Below the pieces are notes generated by a model that was given only the letters and a program-made list of their open reading frames with translations, was not told the DNA's origin and searched no databases. Shown piece after piece: positions 57,048 to 64,000 of a stretch of DNA of 64,000 nt. Both the position numbers and the translations under genes were made by a program. Origin of the DNA: Smithella sp. (GTDB lineage Bacteria > Desulfobacterota > Syntrophia > Syntrophales > Smithellaceae); assembly GCA_017993615.1 (NCBI GenBank), contig JAGOMJ010000002.1, positions 13,508-77,507 on the forward strand. The letters are read 5' to 3'. Each line of letters opens with the position of its first letter. The first letter of the stretch is position 1.

Positions 57048-57890
57048 ATGATCATTCGCTGTTGGGGTTCCAGAGGGTCCATCCCTGTATCGGGCAGACT
57101 GTATCAGCGCTACGGCGGCAATACCACCTGCCTTGAAATCAGGACAAAAGACAACAACATATTGATTGTCGATGCAGGCTCCGGAATCCGCGAGGCAGGC
57201 AACGCCCTGCTGGCGGAGGGCAGTTTGAATTTCACGCTTCTGCTGACGCACGCCCACTGGGATCACATCATGGGATTTCCCTTCTTCAAACCCATCTATT
57301 CCTCTAAAATCCGAATGGACATCCGGGGATGTCCCTTCGCCCAGACCTCGATAAAAAAAATGCTTTCCCGGATTATGGCGGCTCCTAATTTTCCGGTCAA
57401 TTACAGTCACATTCGTGCAAAGATTGTATACCACGAAACCTGTTTCAAACCCGTCTATCGGCTGGGCGATATGCTCATCACCCCCATTGCCCTGAGTCAT
57501 CCCAACGGCGGAACCGGTTACAAATTCGAGGAAGACGGCAAAACGTTCATCTTTCTCACAGACAATGAACTGGGTCACAGACACCCCGGAGGACTCCCGT
57601 TCAGGCAATATCTGGCATTTTGCCGAAATGCCGATCTGCTCTTCCATGACGCGGAATATAAAGAGGCAGAATACAAAAAAACCCGCGGTTGGGGACATTC
57701 TTCCTATAAAGATGTCTTGAAACTGTCGCTTGGGGCCCGCGTGAAAAAACTGGGACTGTTTCATCACAATCAGGAGAGGACCGACCCCGATGTCGATGCG
57801 ATTCTGAAGGACTGCCGCGACACCGTCAAAAAAGAAGGCGGGAAAATGAACTGTGTGGCCGTCGGCCAATCCATGCAGTTTACGCTTTAA
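57048..57890 (+). CDS. MBL-fold metallo-hydrolase
   Basis: 280 aa with LLLTHAHWDHIMGFPFF. The opposite-strand 290-aa ORF is judged spurious. Confidence 0.75.
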   Translation: MIIRCWGSRGSIPVSGRLYQRYGGNTTCLEIRTKDNNILIVDAGSGIREAGNALLAEGSLNFTLLLTHAHWDHIMGFPFFKPIYSSKIRMDIRGCPFAQTSIKKMLSRIMAAPNFPVNYSHIRAKIVYHETCFKPVYRLGDMLITPIALSHPNGGTGYKFEEDGKTFIFLTDNELGHRHPGGLPFRQYLAFCRNADLLFHDAEYKEAEYKKTRGWGHSSYKDVLKLSLGARVKKLGLFHHNQERTDPDVDAILKDCRDTVKKEGGKMNCVAVGQSMQFTL

Positions 57891-57920
57891 TTTTTCAACG
57901 CGTTTTATAAACAAGATATC

Positions 57921-58313
57921 ATGCTTTTTTTATTACACATTGTCCTGATGGTGATTGCAACGCTGGGCATCATGGCCGGAGTGAGTGCCGCCATGTTTTT
58001 CCGCAGAAAGAAAAACTGGCTGAAAATTCATAAAACCCTCAACACTTTGAGCCTGGCGGGAATCACTGTGGGAATCATCATGGCATTTTTCTATGTTGCC
58101 GGCACCGGCGGAAAACATCTCAACGATGTTCATCAGATGACCGGGCTGGCAGCGTTTACCGTTGTCCTCATCGCCATAGCTCTGGGACATTACCAGTTCA
58201 AAGCCCTCAACAAATCGGCCATTCGGGCGGCGCACCGCTGGATGGGACGCGTTTCGATTTTCATCCTGGCAGCCGCCGCCTTTCTGGGATTGAGGCTGAT
58301 CAATCTTCTCTAA
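57921..58313 (+). CDS. His-rich 4-TM membrane protein, unknown function
   Basis: 130 aa with four hydrophobic helices and His residues near the helix ends. No clear RBS. Confidence 0.4.
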   Translation: MLFLLHIVLMVIATLGIMAGVSAAMFFRRKKNWLKIHKTLNTLSLAGITVGIIMAFFYVAGTGGKHLNDVHQMTGLAAFTVVLIAIALGHYQFKALNKSAIRAAHRWMGRVSIFILAAAAFLGLRLINLL

Positions 58314-58348
58314 CCGGCCAATGCCGCAATCGTGAGCCGTTTTTCGTT

Positions 58349-60046
58349 ATGTTTCTTCCCACAACCCGCGACGAATTAAAAAAATTGAAATGGGACAAAC
58401 CCGATATCATTCTGGTGACCGGTGACACCTACATCGACAGTCCTTTTATCGGCGTGTCCGTCATCGGCCGCGTTCTGGTCGATGCCGGCTTTCGTGTAGG
58501 CATTATCGCTCAGCCCGACTGGCATAAGCCGGACGATATCAGCCGACTGGGCGAGCCTCGGCTTTTCTGGGGAATCACCGGCGGCTGCATGGATTCCATG
58601 GTCGCCAACTACACGGCGACGAAGAAAAAAAGGGAAAACGATGATCTGACTGCAGGCGGAAAAAACAACCGTCGTCCCGACCGCGCCGTTGTGGTGTACG
58701 CCAATCTGATCCGCCGGTATTTTAAGGAGACCAAGCCGCTGGTACTCGGCGGTATCGAAGCCTCCCTGCGCCGCATCGCCCATTACGATTTCTGGTCGGA
58801 TTCCATCCGCCGGTCGATTATGTTCGATGCCCGTGCCGATGTGCTGGTCTACGGCATGGCGGAAAAAGCCGTCGTCGAACTCGCGCAGGCTCTGCGCGAC
58901 GGAAAAGACACAACAGATATCCGGGGCATCTGTTATCTTGCGTCCGCCCCCCCGCCGCAAAACGCACTGGAACTGCCCGCTTATGAGGATGTGCTTGCGG
59001 ACAAGAAAACATTTATCAGGATGTTTAACAGGTTCTATTGCAACGGCGATCCGCTGACAGCGAAGCGCCTGTATCAAAAGCACGGCGACCGTTATCTTGT
59101 GCAAAATCCCCCGCAGCCGCATCTGACAACGCCGGAACTGGATCATATTTATGGACTTGATTTCACGCGCGACGTTCATCCCTTCTACAGCGCCCGGGGC
59201 AATGTCAGGGCGATAGAAACCATTACGTTTTCCATAACGTCTCATCGCGGTTGCTACGGTGAATGTAATTTCTGCTCCATCGGTCTGCATGAAGGACGCA
59301 CCGTTATCAGCCGTTCAGAAAAATCCATTCTGGATGAGGCGCAAAAACTGGCCGGACGTTCCGATTTTAAAGGCTATATTGCGGATGTCGGCGGATCGAC
59401 GGCCAACATGTACGGCATCGAATGCGCGAAAAAAATCAAGAAAGGGGCCTGCAACGGCAAACGATGTCTGTCCCCGAGGGTATGCGACGCCTTGCCGGCG
59501 GATCACAGCCGGCAGATCAATCTATTGAGAAATCTGCGAAATGTCAGAGGCGTCAAAAAAGTTTTCGTGGCCTCCGGCATCCGATACGATCTGCTTTTAA
59601 ACGACAGGGCACACTGCCTGGCGTACATGAAAGAACTCGTCGAGCATCACACCTCCGGTCAGTTAAAGGTCGCGCCCGAACATAGCGAATGGCCGGTTCT
59701 GAAGCTCATGGGCAAGCCGCAGGCGCAGGCCCTGCTGAATTTCAAACATCTTTTTGAAAAAACATCCGCCGTTTCAAAACGCAAACAGTTTCTCACCTAT
59801 TATTTCATTGCCGCTCATCCGGGATGCACGGAAGAGGATATGAGACGTCTCAAAGCGTTCACCACAAGAGAGCTAAAAACGAATCCCCGGCAGGTACAGA
59901 TATTCACCCCGCTTCCCTCGACCTATTCGGCCCTGATGTACTTTACCGGTATCGATCCTTCGACCGGCAAAAAAATCTTTATCGAAAAGAACATGGAGAA
60001 AAAGGAAAAACAGAAAAACATCCTGATCGGGAATAAGAGGTCATAA
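58349..60046 (+). CDS. ygiQ: YgiQ family (UPF0313) radical SAM protein
   Basis: 565 aa. N-terminus FLPTTRDELKKLKWDKPDIILVTGDTYIDSPF. SHRGCYGECNFCSI cluster motif. Confidence 0.85.
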   Translation: MFLPTTRDELKKLKWDKPDIILVTGDTYIDSPFIGVSVIGRVLVDAGFRVGIIAQPDWHKPDDISRLGEPRLFWGITGGCMDSMVANYTATKKKRENDDLTAGGKNNRRPDRAVVVYANLIRRYFKETKPLVLGGIEASLRRIAHYDFWSDSIRRSIMFDARADVLVYGMAEKAVVELAQALRDGKDTTDIRGICYLASAPPPQNALELPAYEDVLADKKTFIRMFNRFYCNGDPLTAKRLYQKHGDRYLVQNPPQPHLTTPELDHIYGLDFTRDVHPFYSARGNVRAIETITFSITSHRGCYGECNFCSIGLHEGRTVISRSEKSILDEAQKLAGRSDFKGYIADVGGSTANMYGIECAKKIKKGACNGKRCLSPRVCDALPADHSRQINLLRNLRNVRGVKKVFVASGIRYDLLLNDRAHCLAYMKELVEHHTSGQLKVAPEHSEWPVLKLMGKPQAQALLNFKHLFEKTSAVSKRKQFLTYYFIAAHPGCTEEDMRRLKAFTTRELKTNPRQVQIFTPLPSTYSALMYFTGIDPSTGKKIFIEKNMEKKEKQKNILIGNKRS

Positions 60047-60075
60047 CCCCGAAAGCGCACCGGTTTTGCCGGCAC

Positions 60076-61860
60076 TCAGCGGCAACGCCCCTCTTGTTGA
60101 ACAGCGGTTAACAAATCACAGTCCCCCAATGCACAGGCCCTGTGTGCATCCGGACAACCCCGAACATCGTTTCGCTGCCTGAAATAACCATACGCCCTGT
60201 TATGGTAGGCCAGAGTAAAATCCGGGTTTCGTCTGATCGCTCCGTCATAATCGCTGATCGCCTGCTCATACCGGCCGAGATGAAAGTAAGCAAGTCCCCG
60301 GTCATGAAAGGCCCTGGCATGGTTTTGATCCAGGGCGATGGTTTGGCTGAAATCCTCAATGGCCTGTTGATACCGGCCGGTTTTTGAATGTACCATTCCC
60401 TTCATATAATGCGCATCGACCTCGTCGGGACGCAGACGAACGGCTGTCTGATAATCCTTCAGGGCTTCGTCATAATTCCGGATTGCCGCATAAACATTCC
60501 CCCGGTTGACATAGGCTCTGGCGTAACCGGGATTGAGAAAAACCGCCTTATTAAATTCCACAATGGCTGCTCGGCTTTTTCCTTCGAAATAAAGGGCATG
60601 ACCCAGATAGTCGTGCAAAACGTAAACGTCTTTTTGAACTTTCACGGCGTGTTCCAGCAGCGTGACACTGTTTTGCCAGAATCCGCATTGACGCCATGAC
60701 CCAAAAGCCAGCATCGCCAGAAAAAGAACCGCCGCCGGGAACATAATTTTTTTTCGATAGTTTTCTTCTTTAAAGAAAAGAGGGATTCCCCAGGCGATCA
60801 TGAGGGCAATGCCGATCGACGGCAGATAATGGTAGCGGTCCGCCATGGCATCGCTGGATATCTGAACGATCTTGATCACCGGAAAAATGGTTACGGCATA
60901 CCACAGCCATCCCGCAAGCAAATAGGGATGTCGTCTTCTCATCCGCACGACGGCAACGCTGACAACCGCAATGAAAATTACCGATCCGGCAAGTCGCAGG
61001 CCGGGAATCGAGTCCGGGAAAGGATAGAAAATTGAAAGCGTGACGGGCCAAAACGTTTTGATCAGATACGCTGCAAACGAAACGACGGCGTTGGCCAGGC
61101 GTAGATCAAGAGGATACTGTTTGATATCCGACGCTTTCAGATCGTAAAGCGTTATGATGACAACAAACACGGATAACAGAAAGAAGGGAGATTTTTCTTT
61201 TATTTGCCACAACAGGTTTTTCTGTACCGACACAAAACGCCTGAGCGGCCAGTAATCCAGCAACAGCAGCACGACCGGCAGGGTAACGACCATCGGCTTG
61301 CTCATCAGCGCGCATACAAAACCAAGCACGACCGGCCAATATCTTTGGATGACCGGTTTTTCCGTATAAACGACATAAAGGCAGAGGGTCAGCATCCAGA
61401 AAAAAGCGCTGAGAACATCTTTCCGTTCGGAAATCCAGGCAACGGATTCCACATGCAGAGGGTGCAACGCGAAAAAAGCCGCGATGAAGGCGCTCTTCCA
61501 GAGGGCGCCGGTCATACGGTGAAAAAGCCAGAAGAGCATCAGCGAACTCATCATGTGCAGCAAAAGGTTGGTCAGATGATAACCGCCGGCGTTCAAACCG
61601 AAAACCCGATAATCCAGCATGAAGGAAAGCCAGACAAGGGGATGCCATAAATCGGCATATTTCGTGCTGACAGCCCAGATGAAGCTGTCCGCCGTCATGC
61701 CTGATGTGATATGCCGGTTGAAAATGACATACACCGGATCGTCAATGATCACAAACTCATATCGAATCAGCTGCGAAAAAACAGCCAGAACTGCTATGGC
61801 CAGCAGGGCATAAATCATTCCAGTCTGTTTGTCGGGAGGAATATTGATTTTATTCGGCAT
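60076..61860 (-). CDS. GT-C-type (PMT/TMTC-like) membrane glycosyltransferase with C-terminal TPR repeats
   Basis: 594 aa with about 11 TM segments, IIDDPVYV in the first loop, HPLHVESVAWISERKDVL (DUF1736-like), and C-terminal TPR units (YNRG/AY..A..DY..A). Confidence 0.55.
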   Translation of the reverse strand: MPNKINIPPDKQTGMIYALLAIAVLAVFSQLIRYEFVIIDDPVYVIFNRHITSGMTADSFIWAVSTKYADLWHPLVWLSFMLDYRVFGLNAGGYHLTNLLLHMMSSLMLFWLFHRMTGALWKSAFIAAFFALHPLHVESVAWISERKDVLSAFFWMLTLCLYVVYTEKPVIQRYWPVVLGFVCALMSKPMVVTLPVVLLLLDYWPLRRFVSVQKNLLWQIKEKSPFFLLSVFVVIITLYDLKASDIKQYPLDLRLANAVVSFAAYLIKTFWPVTLSIFYPFPDSIPGLRLAGSVIFIAVVSVAVVRMRRRHPYLLAGWLWYAVTIFPVIKIVQISSDAMADRYHYLPSIGIALMIAWGIPLFFKEENYRKKIMFPAAVLFLAMLAFGSWRQCGFWQNSVTLLEHAVKVQKDVYVLHDYLGHALYFEGKSRAAIVEFNKAVFLNPGYARAYVNRGNVYAAIRNYDEALKDYQTAVRLRPDEVDAHYMKGMVHSKTGRYQQAIEDFSQTIALDQNHARAFHDRGLAYFHLGRYEQAISDYDGAIRRNPDFTLAYHNRAYGYFRQRNDVRGCPDAHRACALGDCDLLTAVQQEGRCR

Positions 61861-61979
61861 GATCGCTTTTTAACATATGTGAAGCAGGAGTTCAGCAATT
61901 TTCTGGACGAAAGTTTAGCTCGCCGGATGATTACCTGAAGCCGATCCGTTCATCTTTTCGCCGACTTTCCTATTTGCCA

Positions 61980-62009
61980 TTGACTTTCCCTGAACATTTT
62001 TCCTATAAT
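61980..62009 (+). promoter_or_regulatory. sigma70-like promoter for the AmmeMemoRadiSam operon
   Basis: TTGACT - 18 nt - TATAAT, about 50 nt upstream of ATG 62062. Confidence 0.45.
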
Positions 62010-62061
62010 CTTTCATCGTCAATCTCCTATCTTCAGACTGGATTATCTTTAAAGAGGCGCC

Positions 62062-63258
62062 ATGATTTCCAGACGCGATTTTTTAAAAACCCTCTCCGGA
62101 CTGGCCGTGACCTCCGGCGGCACATGGATGATACTGTCCGATCCGTCCTGGCAGAGACTGTTTCAGGAAGGGCATGCGGGCCTTGCCTTCGGCGATTCTT
62201 ATCTGGACGAGCTGATTAAATCGTCACCGAAAGCCCGCTACTGGAGGCCCCTGGAAATCAAGGGAAGCGTGACGCCGAAGGATCAGACACTCATCCAATG
62301 CCTGCTTTGCGCCAACAGCTGTGTCATTGCCAACGGTCAATGCGGCCGGTGCCGGACCCGCATGAATGTCAAAGGAGAATTGCGCAGTCTCGTATACGGC
62401 CGCCCCATCTCCGTCCATATCGATCCGATAGAAAAAAAACCGTTCTATCATTTTCTGCCGGGTTCGGCCGCTTTTTCGCTGGCCACGGCCGGATGTCCGC
62501 TCAAATGCAAATTCTGTCAGAACTGGGAAATTTCTCAGTCATCCCCGGAGGATTTCAAGGTGGCTTTTACACCGCCGGCAAAGCTCACGTCCGCCGCGCG
62601 TACAAGCCGCTCGCCGGTGATCGCCTTCACCTACAACGAACCGACGGTTTTCACCGAATATCTGACAGACATCGCGCGCAATGCCCGGCAACAGGGTATC
62701 CGCTGCGTCATGATCAGTTGCGGTTTCATGAACGAGGCGCCGCTCGCTGAAATGTGCGAAACGCTGGCCGCCATTAAAATCGATCTGAAAGGCTACAGCG
62801 AGGATTTCTATCGTTCGGCCTGCCAGGCGGAATTGAAGCCCGTTCTAAGAAGCATCAGGCAGATCGCCAAAAGCCGCGCGCATCTGGAGATTGTAAACCT
62901 GGTCGTCCCCACATTGAATGACTCGGACAAGATGCTGAAAGGATTGATCGACTGGGTGATGGGAGAAGTCGGCCCCGATGTGCCGTTGCATTTTTCCCGT
63001 TTTCATCCCGATTACCAGCTGCGCAATCTTCCGTCCACGCCCGTTGCCACGCTTGAACGAGCCTATCGTATGGCGCGTGACAGAGGATTGCATTATCCCT
63101 ATGTCGGCAATGTCCCCGATCATCCGGGAAACAACACCTACTGTCCGAAATGCGGAAAGATCGTGGTTAAAAGACAGGGGTTTTTTATTACCGGGATGAA
63201 TCTCCGCAACGGGCTGTGTACATTCTGCAAGAATAGAATTGCCGGCGTTTGGACCTGA
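62062..63258 (+). CDS. AmmeMemoRadiSam-system radical SAM enzyme with an N-terminal twin-arginine signal
   Basis: 398 aa. MISRRDFLKTLSGLAVTSGG (S-R-R-x-F-L-K), N-terminal Cys-rich CLLCANSCVIANGQCGRC, radical SAM motif GCPLKCKFCQNW. Confidence 0.75.
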   Translation: MISRRDFLKTLSGLAVTSGGTWMILSDPSWQRLFQEGHAGLAFGDSYLDELIKSSPKARYWRPLEIKGSVTPKDQTLIQCLLCANSCVIANGQCGRCRTRMNVKGELRSLVYGRPISVHIDPIEKKPFYHFLPGSAAFSLATAGCPLKCKFCQNWEISQSSPEDFKVAFTPPAKLTSAARTSRSPVIAFTYNEPTVFTEYLTDIARNARQQGIRCVMISCGFMNEAPLAEMCETLAAIKIDLKGYSEDFYRSACQAELKPVLRSIRQIAKSRAHLEIVNLVVPTLNDSDKMLKGLIDWVMGEVGPDVPLHFSRFHPDYQLRNLPSTPVATLERAYRMARDRGLHYPYVGNVPDHPGNNTYCPKCGKIVVKRQGFFITGMNLRNGLCTFCKNRIAGVWT

Positions 63259-63274
63259 AAGGAGAACCTACCAT

Positions 63275-64000
63275 ATGAAATGGCTGCGTTTGCTTTGTTT
63301 TTTGCCGGTGATTGTTTTTTTTCTGACGTCGGCCTGTCAGGCCAACAAAGACGCCGCTGACGGCGTCCGGGAACCGGCTTTTGCCGGCAAGTTCTATCCG
63401 GCATCCGCAGACAAACTGCGTCTGACCATCGAAAAGTATCTGCAAGACGCCTTGCCGCCCAGGGTCAAAAAACCGGTGGCCGTCATTGTGCCCCATGCCG
63501 GATATATCTTCTCCGGCCAGATCTGCGCTGACGGTTTCCGACAGGCCGGTCATCACCCGTACGATGTCGTGGTCATCCTGGGAACCAATCACACCAGCCC
63601 GGGCCTGCAGGGAGTTTCCCTCTATCCCGGCGAAGGATTTCGCACGCCTCTCGGCATTGCGGCAGTGGACAAAACCGTCATTGAGTCCCTGCTCACGGAA
63701 TCTCCTGTCGATTGCATGCTGGACAAATCCGCGCATGTCTCTGAACATTCGGTCGAGGTGATCGTGCCCTTTGTCCAGATTGTTTTTCCCAACGCTAAAA
63801 TCGTTCCTGCTGTTGTCGGGACGCAGGACAGGCACACCAGCATCCGCTTCGGTCAGGCGCTGGCAAAAGTTTTAAAAAACAAAAATGCATTAATTGTCGC
63901 CAGCTCCGATCTGTCGCACTATCCCTCACGGGATAATGCCGTCAAGGTTGACCGCCAGACGCTTGATGCGGTTGCCACACTCGATCCTGCCGTCTTCCAA
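63275..64000 (+). CDS. MEMO1-family protein (AmmeMemoRadiSam system protein B), N-terminal 242 aa; continues past the right edge
   Basis: Not in the ORF track because it has no stop in the window. Own translation: MKWLRLLCFLPVIVFFLTSACQANKD..FAGKFYP..PHAGYIFSG..EHSVEVIVPF..SSDLSHY. RBS AAGGAG. Confidence 0.75.
   Translation, partial: MKWLRLLCFLPVIVFFLTSACQANKDAADGVREPAFAGKFYPASADKLRLTIEKYLQDALPPRVKKPVAVIVPHAGYIFSGQICADGFRQAGHHPYDVVVILGTNHTSPGLQGVSLYPGEGFRTPLGIAAVDKTVIESLLTESPVDCMLDKSAHVSEHSVEVIVPFVQIVFPNAKIVPAVVGTQDRHTSIRFGQALAKVLKNKNALIVASSDLSHYPSRDNAVKVDRQTLDAVATLDPAVFQ

Noticed and set aside
1-64000. A visual search for tRNA, rRNA, CRISPR arrays, transposases, integrases and phage genes.
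   Set aside because: None was recognised. Intergenic regions are short (mostly under 230 bp), there are no repeat-spacer arrays, and I saw no DDE or tyrosine-recombinase motifs. A visual scan cannot exclude small ncRNAs.

Overview
This is a 64-kb chromosomal window of roughly 50% GC. Its gene content looks like an anaerobic Desulfobacterota (deltaproteobacterial, probably sulfate-reducing) genome, but that is inference from gene content only. I saw no rRNA, tRNA, CRISPR, transposase or phage genes. There are about 60 protein-coding genes, and two of them run off the window edges and are therefore missing from the ORF track. Contents in order: (1) a phosphorelay with Hpt, a CheY-like RR, and a REC + >=6 PAS sensor that runs off the left edge; (2) MoxR-AAA/CoxE-type VWA pair no. 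1; (3) an amidase, a short Zn-HDAC, NRDE/TANGO2 and Sir2; (4) a complete, translationally coupled shikimate/Phe/Tyr operon (aroF-aroB-pheA-aroDE-aroA-aroK-aroC-tyrA), preceded by an unannotated 31-codon leader ORF rich in Tyr/Trp/Phe codons and by two terminator-like hairpins; (5) an OmpA porin, thiolase, acyl-CoA ligase, thioesterase and HEAT protein; (6) cydAB followed by a TPP riboswitch and thiM-thiE; (7) mtaD, a PfkB kinase, citrate synthase and plsY; (8) the most unusual locus, an ~11-kb FAS-II/PKS-like cluster of unknown product with two ACPs, two KAS, FabA, a FabZ-like protein, a PKS-type DH, a thioesterase, a membrane NodB deacetylase and three radical SAM enzymes (one B12-type); (9) Hrb, HD-GYP, MoxR/VWA pair no. 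2 joined to an atypical acyl-CoA-dehydrogenase-like gene, DUF456, a SagB-like protein, copZA, an MBL hydrolase, YgiQ and a GT-C/TPR protein; (10) an AmmeMemoRadiSam operon whose radical SAM enzyme carries a twin-arginine signal and whose Memo-like protein carries a signal peptide. All family calls come from motif recognition by eye. No database search, HMM search or RNA folding could be run.
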